A stretch of 24,000 nt of DNA from Labrys neptuniae (GCF_040797145.1 NZ_JBFNQD010000001.1:288325-312324), one strand, 5' to 3'. Counted from the first letter of the stretch, positions 8,809-16,561 are shown. The notes: generated from the sequence alone by a model not told the origin. Numbers and translations are program-made.

Positions 8809-9972
8809 TCATCGATCCTCCTCCGCCATTACCATGGCGAGCCGTTCGACCATTTGCGTGATGACTTCCTCGTCGACATTGGGCGTGATGGAAATACGCA
8901 GGCGCGCCGTGCCGGCCGGAACCGTCGGCGGGCGGATGGCCCGGATATCGAAACCGGCCCCCTGCATCCGCTCGGCGATGGCGAGGCAGCGCTCATTGTC
9001 GCCGATGACGACAGGCAGGATCTGCGAGCCGCTGGTCGCGATGCCGAGCCGCTCGACCACGAGTCTGTTGGCAAAATCGATCAGCGACAATTCCCGGCTG
9101 CGCCGCTCCGGCTCGTCCGCCAGTGCGTGGAGTGCCTCCCGCACCAGCACGGCCTGGAGGGGCGAGGGAGCGGTGGCATAGATGAAGGGGGCGGCATGGT
9201 TGACCAGGACGTCACAGAGCACGGCGCTGGCGCCGATGAGCGCGCCCGAGGAGCCCAGCGCCTTGCCGCAGGTGTGAAGCACCACGACATTGTCGCGCCC
9301 TTCCAAGGCGGCGGCAAAGCCGCGTCCGCCCAGGCCGTGAACGCCGGTGGCATGGGCCTCGTCGACATAGAGGAAGCCGTCATGCGCATCGGCCAGTGCC
9401 ATCAGCTCGGCCAGGGGCGCAATATCGCCATCCATGGAGTAGAGGCTTTCGACCGCGATCCAGGGATGGCCCCTGCCGCCGGCCGTCCGCCAGGCGCGGA
9501 TCGCCTGTTCGAAGGCGGCAATGTCGTTGTGCGGTACGGCCACGGCCGCAGCGCGGCCGGCCGCGATGCCGGCATGGGCGCTGGCATGGATGAGGGCATC
9601 GTAGACGATGAGATCGCCGCGCTGGGGCAAGGTTGAGAGCGCGGCGAGATTGGCGGTGTAGCCGCCGTTGAAATAGAGCATGCGCGGTGAGCCGAAGAAC
9701 GTGGCGGCTTCGGCCTCCAGTGCCTCGTGCTCGGGATGGTTGCCACGCAGCAGGCGCGAGCCGCCGGCGCCGGCGGGCACGCGACGATCGACGGCGGCGA
9801 TGAGGGCTTTATGCAAACGGGATGACGACGCCAGCCCCAGATAGTCGTTGGAGCTGAAATCGATGCCGCTCAGCGGTGCCAGGACCCGGCGACGCCCCTT
9901 GCGTTCGAACTGGCCGAGCCTTGCCGCGTAGCGCGCCAGCCGGGGCCGTTCGCCCGGCGATGCGTCGCTCAC
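8809..9972 (-). CDS. bioF: 8-amino-7-oxononanoate synthase
   Basis: Alpha-oxoamine synthase family: SNDYLGL, DEAHATG, PLP-lysine context HTCGKALG. The track ORF starts at 10104 and would overlap bioB by 135 nt. The GTG at 9972, preceded by GGAGA, overlaps the bioB stop as GTGA and gives 387 aa. Confidence 0.9.
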   Translation of the reverse strand: MSDASPGERPRLARYAARLGQFERKGRRRVLAPLSGIDFSSNDYLGLASSSRLHKALIAAVDRRVPAGAGGSRLLRGNHPEHEALEAEAATFFGSPRMLYFNGGYTANLAALSTLPQRGDLIVYDALIHASAHAGIAAGRAAAVAVPHNDIAAFEQAIRAWRTAGGRGHPWIAVESLYSMDGDIAPLAELMALADAHDGFLYVDEAHATGVHGLGGRGFAAALEGRDNVVVLHTCGKALGSSGALIGASAVLCDVLVNHAAPFIYATAPSPLQAVLVREALHALADEPERRSRELSLIDFANRLVVERLGIATSGSQILPVVIGDNERCLAIAERMQGAGFDIRAIRPPTVPAGTARLRISITPNVDEEVITQMVERLAMVMAEEDR

Positions 9973-10997
9973 GGCGTCTCCTCCATCGGCGCGGCCGTCA
10001 GGCCGAGACGGCGCATCAGGCTGCTGTCCTTGTCGTCGCCCGGATTGGCGGCAGTGAGCAGCGTTTCGCCGACGAAGATGGAATTGGCACCCGCGAAAAA
10101 GCACAGGGCCTGGGTCTCGTCGCTCATCGCCGTGCGTCCCGCGGTGAGGCGTACATGCGAGGCCGGCATCAGGATGCGGGCGAGCGCGATGATGCGGATG
10201 AACTCGATCGGATCGACCGGCGGGGCATCCGCCAGTCGGGTGCCGGGCACGGGGATGAGCATGTTGATCGGCACGCTTTCCGGCGCTTCCGGCAGGTTGG
10301 CGAGCGTCACCAGCATGTCGATGCGGTCATCGACCGCCTCGCCGAGGCCGAGAATGCCGCCGGAGCACACCTTGATGCCGGCCTCGCGCACATTGGCCAA
10401 AGTATCCAGCCGCTCGGCGAAGCTGCGGGTGGTGATCACCTGGGGGTAGTAACGCTCCGAGGTATCGATGTTGTGGTTGTAATAGTCGAGCCCGGCCTCG
10501 GCGAGCGTGCCGGCCTGCTGGGGCGACAGCATGCCGAGCGTCATGCAGGTCTCCATGCCGAGCGACTTCACGCCTTCGACCATGGCCACGAGCATGGCCA
10601 TGTCGCGCTGCTTGGGGCTGCGCCAGGCCGCGCCCATGCAATAGCGCGTGGCGCCACCCGCCTTGGCCTGGCGCGCCTCCTCGATCACCCGCTGGACCTC
10701 CAGGAGCTTGGAAGCCTTCAGGCCGCTGTCATGATGGGCAGACTGGCTGCAATAGCCGCAATCCTCGGGGCACCCCCCTGTCTTGATGCTGAGCAGCTTG
10801 CTGAGCTGGATGCGGTTGGGATCGAAATGCCGGCGATGAACGGTCTGGGCGCGGAACAGCAGGTCGTTGAATGGCAGGTCATAGATCGCGCGCGCCTCGG
10901 CATGGTTCCAGGGCAGGGGGGCGGCGCGGTCCGTGCTCGAACCGTGGATACCGGGCGCGCGCTCCTGGTTCTGACTCGTCGACAGGTGATCGTGCAT
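9969..10997 (-). CDS. bioB: Biotin synthase (radical SAM)
   Basis: Radical-SAM cluster motif [11 protein letters not shown], then the YNHN motif and the rest of a typical BioB. The track start is 11012, but the ATG at 10997 has GAGGAG 5 nt upstream and is preferred. Either start is possible. Confidence 0.94.
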   Translation of the reverse strand: MHDHLSTSQNQERAPGIHGSSTDRAAPLPWNHAEARAIYDLPFNDLLFRAQTVHRRHFDPNRIQLSKLLSIKTGGCPEDCGYCSQSAHHDSGLKASKLLEVQRVIEEARQAKAGGATRYCMGAAWRSPKQRDMAMLVAMVEGVKSLGMETCMTLGMLSPQQAGTLAEAGLDYYNHNIDTSERYYPQVITTRSFAERLDTLANVREAGIKVCSGGILGLGEAVDDRIDMLVTLANLPEAPESVPINMLIPVPGTRLADAPPVDPIEFIRIIALARILMPASHVRLTAGRTAMSDETQALCFFAGANSIFVGETLLTAANPGDDKDSSLMRRLGLTAAPMEETP

Positions 10998-11086
10998 TTC
11001 GTCTCCTCGCATGACCGGTCGCGGATCCCTTCAGGAAGGGCGCGAGCGTGGGAAGGAGAGGCAGCCAAATGTCCAGCGCCTCAAAA

Positions 11087-11096
11087 TTATAGATAA
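11087..11096. promoter_or_regulatory. BioR operator (exact match to the alphaproteobacterial BioR box TTATMKATAA)
   Basis: TTATAGATAA at 11087-11096 in the AT-rich bioB/bioR divergent region, about 90 bp upstream of the bioB ATG. Confidence 0.65.
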
Positions 11097-11159
11097 AATC
11101 TTGAATCTATCTATCTGGAATCATCATAAAGTTGCGAAGCGAGGATGCATCTGGTTTTA

Positions 11160-11169
11160 TCATAGATAA
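11160..11169. promoter_or_regulatory. Second, one-mismatch BioR-like box just upstream of the bioR start (possible autoregulation)
   Basis: TCATAGATAA (complement TTATCTATGA) at 11160-11169, 15 nt before the bioR ATG. 9/10 match to TTATMKATAA. Confidence 0.45.
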
Positions 11170-11183
11170 TCTATGGAGCTGCC

Positions 11184-11849
11184 ATGGCCGAAACCGTTGC
11201 CGAGCGCATAGCGCGTACCCTGGCCGAGCGCATCGTGCGCGGGGAATTAGCGCCGGGAACGCCGCTCCGGCAGGACAGGATCGCGGCGGAGTTCGAGGCG
11301 AGCCATGTACCCGCCCGTGAGGCCTTCCAGCTGCTGCGCGCCCAGGGCCTGGCGGTCAACGAGCCGCGGCGCGGCATGCGGGTGGCGCCGCTCGATGGCA
11401 AAGCGGCGCAGGAAGTCGTCGAGATTCGGGCGAACCTGGAAGTGCTGGCGGTCAGCCATGCCATTCCCTGGCTGAATGCGACGAGTTTTGAACGGATGGA
11501 GCAGGCCCTTCAGGCCGGTGACCGGGCTGAGACCATCGAGGATTGGGAACTCGCTAACCGGGCCTTCCATCGCGAGATCGTGGCACCCTGCCGCATGCCC
11601 CGGCTGCTTGCCATGCTGGATGGGCTGCAACTCGCCAATTCGCGCATCATCTTCGCGGCGACGCGGACGGCGGGATGGCGCCCCGGCACCAGCCACGCCC
11701 ACCGGCAGATTCTCGATGCCCTGCGACAGCGGGATGCCGGGCGCGCGGCCACCCTGCTGCAGTCGCATATCCGTGGGCTTGAGCAGGGAAAGAGCGGCGA
11801 CTTTCCGACATCGCCGCCTTCCACTTCCTGGATCGGTTCAGGCCGGTGA
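11184..11849 (+). CDS. bioR: GntR-family (FadR/FCD-type) transcriptional regulator, probable biotin repressor BioR
   Basis: 221 aa. N-terminal GntR winged HTH (ERIARTLAERIVRGELAPGTPLRQDRIAAEFEASHVPAREAFQLLRAQGL) and an all-helical C-terminal domain. GGAG 5 nt before the ATG. Divergent from bioB, with BioR boxes between them. Confidence 0.7.
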   Translation: MAETVAERIARTLAERIVRGELAPGTPLRQDRIAAEFEASHVPAREAFQLLRAQGLAVNEPRRGMRVAPLDGKAAQEVVEIRANLEVLAVSHAIPWLNATSFERMEQALQAGDRAETIEDWELANRAFHREIVAPCRMPRLLAMLDGLQLANSRIIFAATRTAGWRPGTSHAHRQILDALRQRDAGRAATLLQSHIRGLEQGKSGDFPTSPPSTSWIGSGR

Positions 11850-12884
11850 ACGACCGCTCGCACCAGGTCTCCAGGCGATGACACCCTCCGTGCGCGCCCG
11901 CACCGTCGGCGAAGCGAGGCATGACGCAACCGCCTCGTAACCGGGGAACCCCGGAAAGGGAGCGACCAGAGACGGAGGGCTGTGATTGGCGGGGCACAGG
12001 ATGATGGCCTCCTCCTCGCCGGCGGTCGCCAGGTCCAGAATGGCATGAGACCGGGTCAGTACGAAGAGCGGGCTGGTGCCGGGAGGGCGCGCTCGCAGAT
12101 AGGCACTTACTGCGTGCTGGGTCGGCTCGTCCAATCCCTGCTCGATCATGTCGATGACAAGAAAGGCGGGGCCTTCCTCTGCCAGGCCGATTGCCAGAGC
12201 GGTGAGAGCATCGGACATCCCGGCGCCGTGGTGGGCGAGTTGCGCGAGGATCGGCTCGACGCGATCGCGAAGAGCCGGATCGGCTGCCAAACCTTTCCGC
12301 AATGCGGCCGTGTCGGATACGCGCTCCAGGCCGAGAAAGGCGGCATTCGGCAAGGTTTCGGCCAGACGCAGTGCCAATCGGGTCTTGCCGCTGCCGAGAG
12401 GGCCGATGATGTAGGTCAGCAGCTTGATGTCCTGAATCGCGAAGCGTTCGCCACCCCAGGGCCAGGGCAGGTCGAAGGCAATGGCTGGTTCTCGGCCGGA
12501 TGAAGAGTGCGGCATGAGATCCCCCGCTACTAACGCAGGCGTGTTGGCGTGGCCGCTTTGGAGGGCTTGCAGTGTCATCGCCGTGGCGGCAAGTCCCTTG
12601 AGGCGATCCTTGATGGCCGTCTGATGCGCCGCGAGCATCGCAACCCGTTCGCGGCTATCGCCCTTCAGCACCCGCGCAATCTCGGCAAGCGAGAAGCCGA
12701 GCCGGCGCAACGCGGCAATCTCACGCGCCTTGTCGATCTCCCCAGGCCCGTAGACGCGCCAGCCCGCGGCGGAGCGCGGCGGGGCAAGCAGGCCCTTGTC
12801 CTCATAGAGCCGCAGGGCCTTGGTCGAGACGCCCAGCCGCCTGGCGGCTTCGGACGGGCTGAGGAAACGCGCGGATGCCGGCAT
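11838..12884 (-). CDS. MerR-family HTH regulator fused to a compact P-loop / ABC-like nucleotide-binding domain
   Basis: 348 aa. Residues ~7-75 are a MerR HTH (LSPSEAARRLGVSTKALRLYEDKGLL...WRVYGPGEIDKAREIAALRRLGFSLAEI), followed by a helical linker. Then Walker A GPLGSGKT (aa 161-168), an LSGGQ-position segment MSDAL (aa 223-227), a Walker B/D-loop-like FLVIDMIEQGLD (aa 241-252) and an H-loop-like LTRSH (aa 276-280). No transmembrane or classical MerR effector domain is visible. Confidence 0.8.
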   Translation of the reverse strand: MPASARFLSPSEAARRLGVSTKALRLYEDKGLLAPPRSAAGWRVYGPGEIDKAREIAALRRLGFSLAEIARVLKGDSRERVAMLAAHQTAIKDRLKGLAATAMTLQALQSGHANTPALVAGDLMPHSSSGREPAIAFDLPWPWGGERFAIQDIKLLTYIIGPLGSGKTRLALRLAETLPNAAFLGLERVSDTAALRKGLAADPALRDRVEPILAQLAHHGAGMSDALTALAIGLAEEGPAFLVIDMIEQGLDEPTQHAVSAYLRARPPGTSPLFVLTRSHAILDLATAGEEEAIILCPANHSPPSLVAPFPGFPGYEAVASCLASPTVRARTEGVIAWRPGASGRSPA

Positions 12885-12912
12885 GAATCACCCCTCGATG
12901 GTTGACCATCCT

Positions 12913-12943
12913 CTTATCGAGGCGGCCCCAGGGGCAAGGTCAA
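12913..12943 (-). promoter_or_regulatory. Candidate MerR-type promoter with a 19-bp spacer and an internal palindrome
   Basis: On the minus strand: TTGACC (12943-12938), 19 nt, GATAAG (12918-12913). The spacer contains the palindrome GCCCCTGGGGC (12925-12935). It lies 28 nt upstream of the MerR-fusion ATG, with a GAGGGG Shine-Dalgarno in between. Confidence 0.4.
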
Positions 12944-12959
12944 GCGCGCAGGCTCTCCA

Positions 12960-13418
12960 TCACGCCGCGTCGTTGTCCTCGACCTTGAGGATGATGGCAT
13001 CCTTGGCATCGACGGCACGCCCGTCACTGGTGCGGATCTCGAGCTCGATGGCTTGCCCGGTCTCGCGTTCGACCAGGCGGGAATGCGGCTCGCCAGGCGC
13101 AAACAAATGGGCTTCTCCGAATTTGCGCAAGGCCACCATCACCGGGAAGAGATCCCGCCCCATCTCGGTGAGGTGATATTCCTGGTGCGCACCACCATCC
13201 GACGCCGGCGCGGATTTGAGAATGCCCCGGGCAATCAGCGTCTTCAGGCGCTCGGACAAGATGTTCTTGGCGATGCCGAGGCTCTTTTGAAACTCGCCGA
13301 AGCGCGTCAGCCCATCGAAGGCATCGCGCACGATCAGCAGCGACCACCAGTCGCCGATCACGTCGAGCGAGCGTGCGCTCGGACAATAATCCCCGGTGAG
13401 GCTCTTGCGCTTAACCAT
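12960..13418 (-). CDS. HxlR-family (DUF24) winged-helix transcriptional regulator
   Basis: CPSARSLDVIGDWWSLLIVRDAFDGLTRFGEFQKSLGIAKNILSERLKTLIARGIL is the HxlR signature. The track start 13472 has no RBS, so the ATG at 13418 (MVKRKSL...) is preferred, giving 152 aa. Divergent from an MFS transporter gene. Confidence 0.85.
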   Translation of the reverse strand: MVKRKSLTGDYCPSARSLDVIGDWWSLLIVRDAFDGLTRFGEFQKSLGIAKNILSERLKTLIARGILKSAPASDGGAHQEYHLTEMGRDLFPVMVALRKFGEAHLFAPGEPHSRLVERETGQAIELEIRTSDGRAVDAKDAIILKVEDNDAA

Positions 13419-13522
13419 AACCCTGTTCGTCGTTCTTTGTCGGAAATTGGTTGCATCATAAAACTCTATCATTTACGAAGCAAATGGTTTCATTATTAAA
13501 CCTATATTGCGATGGAGTTGTC

Positions 13523-14788
13523 ATGCCTTCCGAAGTGGAGCTGGGATCCCCGCGTGCCGCGGAAGTTGAAATCACGGCCGGGCCATCTGCGACCCCCTTG
13601 TCGCGTACCTTGATCCTGTTGTTTGCCGTGGCGAGCGGCCTTGCTGTCGCCAATGCCTATTTTGCCCATCCCATGCTCGACGTGATGGCGGATGATCTTG
13701 GCCTGTCGCGAGCAACCGCCGGCCTGATCGTCGGCGCCACCCAGCTCGGCTATGGCATCGGCCTCGTCCTGCTGGTGCCGATCGGCGACCTGATCGAGCG
13801 GCGCAAGCTGGTCATCGCGCAATCGCTGCTCTCCGTCCTTGCTCTGGTCTCGATCGCCTTCGCCTCGAACGGCGCCATGCTGCTCGTCGCCATGGCGGTG
13901 ATGGGGCTGCTGGCGGTGGTGACTCAGGCCTTCGTCGCCTATGCCGCCAGCCTGGCGCGGCCCTCCCAGCGCGGCGAAGTGGTGGGCATCGTCACCAGCG
14001 GCATCGTGCTCGGCATTTTGCTGGCGCGCACGGTGGCGGGTACGCTCACCGATCTTTCAGGCTGGCGCACGGTCTATCTCGCTTCGGCCGCGGCGACTCT
14101 CCTCATCGTGCTGGCACTCTGGCGCATGTTGCCGCAACAGCCTCGGCCGGCGAGCCGGTTGAGCTATCCCCAACTGATCGGCTCGGTCTTCACCTTGTTG
14201 GTCGAGGAGCCGGTGCTTCGGATCCGTGCCATTATCGCCATGCTGATCTTTGCCGACATCACCACGCTGCTGGCACCGCTGGTGATGCCCCTGAGTGCAC
14301 CGCCCTTTTCCTTCTCGCACAGCGTGATCGGCCTGTTCGGCCTGGCCGGCGCGGCTGGCGCTCTCGGAGCGTCCCGGGCGGGACGCTGGACCGATCACGG
14401 CTACGGGCAGCGCGTGACCGGCATCGCACTCGGCCTGATGCTGCTTGCCTGGCTGCCGATCGGACTGTTGCCTTACTCGATCCTCTGGCTGGTCCTCGGC
14501 GTCCTCGTCATCGATTTCGGCCTCCAGGCCGTGCATGTCACCAATCAGGGCATGATCTATCGGGTCAGGCCGGAGGCGCAGAGCCGCCTGACCGCCGCCT
14601 ATATGGTGTTCTATTCGATCGGTAGCGCCTTTGGCTCGTCGTCCTCGACCCTGGTCTATGCCTATGCCGGCTGGACCGGTGTCAGCCTGCTCGGCGCTGC
14701 CATCGCGGCGGTTACCCTGGTCTTCTGGGCGGCAACCCTGGGCGCAACACCCAAGGAAGCGACGCAGGCGATCGATGCTGCCGAATAA
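13523..14788 (+). CDS. MFS transporter (12-TMS type)
   Basis: Highly hydrophobic, with about 12 predicted spans. MFS motif-A-like GDLIERRK between TM2 and TM3. The ATG at 13523 has GGAG 5 nt upstream. The track start 13451 lies in the AT-rich promoter region. Confidence 0.85.
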   Translation: MPSEVELGSPRAAEVEITAGPSATPLSRTLILLFAVASGLAVANAYFAHPMLDVMADDLGLSRATAGLIVGATQLGYGIGLVLLVPIGDLIERRKLVIAQSLLSVLALVSIAFASNGAMLLVAMAVMGLLAVVTQAFVAYAASLARPSQRGEVVGIVTSGIVLGILLARTVAGTLTDLSGWRTVYLASAAATLLIVLALWRMLPQQPRPASRLSYPQLIGSVFTLLVEEPVLRIRAIIAMLIFADITTLLAPLVMPLSAPPFSFSHSVIGLFGLAGAAGALGASRAGRWTDHGYGQRVTGIALGLMLLAWLPIGLLPYSILWLVLGVLVIDFGLQAVHVTNQGMIYRVRPEAQSRLTAAYMVFYSIGSAFGSSSSTLVYAYAGWTGVSLLGAAIAAVTLVFWAATLGATPKEATQAIDAAE

Positions 14789-14806
14789 TCGGGCGTGATC
14801 GGGAGC

Positions 14807-15142
14807 TCAGGTCGAATGGAGGCGCTTCAGCTTGCCGAGCAGGGAGGTCATTTCCCGCAGGGCTTGCAACTCGCCGCTGTCCTGGGCAACGGCGCAGCCC
14901 TTGTCCCAGACGGTGATCGCCGCCGATATATTACCTGCCTTGGCATGGGCGGCGCCAAGCTGCTTGTAGGCAGCGGCATAGTCCGGTTTCAGGGCGATGG
15001 CCTGCGTGAGATGCAGGATGGCCCCCGCCGGGTCGCCCTGTTCCAGCCGGGCCCGGCCGAGCGTGAAGCGGGCAAGGGCATTGTCGCGGCCGGAGATGAT
15101 CTGCTGCTCGAGGCGGGCGATCAATCCGCTGGCGTCGGCCAT
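14807..15142 (-). CDS. Small tetratricopeptide-repeat (TPR) protein
   Basis: 111 aa: MADASGLIARLEQQ...ARFTLGRARLEQGDPAGAILHLTQAIALKPDYAAAYKQLGAAHAKAGNISAAI, which follows a TPR pattern. GAGGAG RBS upstream. The start overlaps the end of the flavin reductase gene by 22 nt. The longer track ORF (to 15607) is an out-of-frame read-through of the neighbouring gene. Confidence 0.7.
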   Translation of the reverse strand: MADASGLIARLEQQIISGRDNALARFTLGRARLEQGDPAGAILHLTQAIALKPDYAAAYKQLGAAHAKAGNISAAITVWDKGCAVAQDSGELQALREMTSLLGKLKRLHST

Positions 15143-15729
15143 GGCTGGGGCTCCTCGGCGAAGAGTGGCGGCCACTCCGAAAGCGGGGCGGGCCGATGAT
15201 ATTGCCGCCGGTGCCAGAGCAGCGGCGCGGTCGTCTTCGCCAGCTGCGTTCCGACGATCGCGCCGGCGATGACGAGATGGGTGGGGATCGACATGCTGCC
15301 GATCAGTTCGCAGTCGATGGACGCCGCCGCAGAAGACAGGTGCGGCGTACCGGACGACCAGCTCTGCCAGTCGCCGACGCTGAAGCGGTCGATGCCGCCG
15401 AGCTTGCCGGCGAAGGCATCGGCAATATTCTCCTGGTCGCTCGCCAGCATCGCCACGGAGAAGCGGCCCGAGGCAAGGACGAGCTCGGCCAGGCGGCATG
15501 TCCGGTCGATCGAAACCAGAAGGGAGGGCGGCTCGGCCGAGAGGGAGAGCACGGCCGTCGCCGTGCGCCCCTGGCGTTCGCCCTGCCAATGGCCGGCGAC
15601 GATGCACACCGTCGCTGCCAGGTTGGACATCGCCTCCGCAAACTCCGATCGTTGGATGGGAGGCCGGCGCGGCGATGTCAGTGCCATCGGCGTGACGGGG
15701 ACGGAATGGGCGATTTCACGCAAAGGCAT
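15121..15729 (-). CDS. Flavin reductase-like (FMN-binding split-barrel) domain protein
   Basis: FAEAMSNLAATVCIVAG...GRTATAVLSLSAEPPSLLVSIDRTCRLAELVLASGRFSVAMLASDQENIADAFAG...RF matches the flavin reductase domain pattern. Start at ATG 15729 (GGGGAG upstream). The 437-aa track ORF extends upstream out of frame through sodB and is not credible. Confidence 0.78.
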   Translation of the reverse strand: MPLREIAHSVPVTPMALTSPRRPPIQRSEFAEAMSNLAATVCIVAGHWQGERQGRTATAVLSLSAEPPSLLVSIDRTCRLAELVLASGRFSVAMLASDQENIADAFAGKLGGIDRFSVGDWQSWSSGTPHLSSAAASIDCELIGSMSIPTHLVIAGAIVGTQLAKTTAPLLWHRRQYHRPAPLSEWPPLFAEEPQPWPTPAD

Positions 15730-15764
15730 ATCTCCCCATCCGCCCGGCACGCTGCGCCCGGCTG

Positions 15765-16373
15765 TCAAAGCGCGGCCAGATTGGCTTCGGCAAACTCGTA
15801 ATTGGCCAGCTTGTCGAGGAAGTTCGTGACATAGTCGGGGCGGCGATTGCGGAAATCGACATAATAGCTGTGCTCCCAGACGTCGAGGCCGAGCAAGGGC
15901 GTGCCTTCGCCGGTGGCGAGCGGATTGGAGCCGTTCGGCGTCTTGGTCACCTTGAGCTTGCCGTCCTTGCCCGCGACCAGCCAGGCCCAGCCCGAACCGA
16001 ACTGCGTGGTTGCCGCCGTCTTGAAGGCTTCCTTGAAGGCATCGGTGCCGCCGAGATCGGCATCGATCCTGGCCTGCAGCTTGCCGGGGATACCGCCGCC
16101 ATTCGGGCTGAGCGCCTGCCAGAAGTGGATGTGGTTCCAATGCTGCCCGGCATTGTTGAACACCGGTGCCACCTCGGGCCGGTCCTTGACCAGGGCGATG
16201 ATCTCCTCGAGCGTCTTGCCCGCCAGCGCGGCATCCTTTTCCACGAAGCCGTTGAGGGCGGTGACATAGGCCTGGTGGTGCTTGCCGTGATGGAGCTCGA
16301 GCGTCTCCTGGCTCATGCCGCGTGCGGCGAGGGCGTTGATGGCATAGGGCAGGGTGGGGAGCGTGAAGGCCAT
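15765..16373 (-). CDS. sodB: Iron-type superoxide dismutase
   Basis: 202 aa: LPYAINALAARGMSQETLELHHGKHHQAYV, AGQHWNHIHFW (Gln in the Fe-SOD position) and DVWEHSYYVDFRNRRPDYV. Confidence 0.95.
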   Translation of the reverse strand: MAFTLPTLPYAINALAARGMSQETLELHHGKHHQAYVTALNGFVEKDAALAGKTLEEIIALVKDRPEVAPVFNNAGQHWNHIHFWQALSPNGGGIPGKLQARIDADLGGTDAFKEAFKTAATTQFGSGWAWLVAGKDGKLKVTKTPNGSNPLATGEGTPLLGLDVWEHSYYVDFRNRRPDYVTNFLDKLANYEFAEANLAAL

Positions 16374-16427
16374 GGTCTTTCTCCATCATCGGCGGACTGC
16401 GCTCACCATCAGCGGTGGCGCAATCCA

Positions 16428-16451
16428 TTTTCAAAGTCTTATCTTTGAAAA
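16428..16451. promoter_or_regulatory. Perfect 9-bp inverted repeat (TTTTCAAAG-N6-CTTTGAAAA) upstream of sodB; candidate operator
   Basis: Arms 16428-16436 and 16443-16451. It lies 55-78 bp upstream of the sodB ATG and just downstream of a TTGACA hexamer (minus strand, 16472-16467). The stem is too AT-rich to be an intrinsic terminator. Confidence 0.4.
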
Positions 16452-16492
16452 ACGAATTGCCGCATATGTCAAGTTGATGGTTGGAAAATTGC

Positions 16493-16520
16493 CATGCCTT
16501 CCTCGTTCATGCCTTCCTCG
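16493..16520. repeat. Tandem direct repeat 2 x CATGCCTTCCTCG (13 bp, 2-nt gap)
   Basis: Identical units at 16493-16505 and 16508-16520, in the tetR-sodB intergenic region. Confidence 0.8.
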
Positions 16521-16561
16521 CTGTGGATCCGCGCGCTTGGCCTTCAATCTAGTCGCGGGCG

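Noticed and set aside
13486-13502. GGTTT-N7-AAACC inverted repeat in the hxlR/MFS divergent region as a candidate HxlR operator.
   Set aside because: It has only 5-bp arms in an AT-rich region, which is not distinguishable from chance. Kept as a note only.
15121-16434. 437-aa minus-strand ORF apparently fusing the sodB region to the flavin reductase gene, and the 266-aa ORF 14807..15607.
   Set aside because: The upstream two-thirds are out of frame with the clearly real sodB (or with the flavin reductase gene) and are Arg/Pro/Gly-rich. Only the C-terminal parts (15121..15729 and 14807..15142) have domain-like sequence and their own RBS.
16428-16451. Reading the sodB-upstream inverted repeat as the intrinsic terminator of the upstream tetR gene.
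   Set aside because: The stem is almost entirely A/T, with no GC-rich stem and no proper downstream U-tract on the minus strand. It also lies >100 nt beyond the tetR stop. An operator role fits better.
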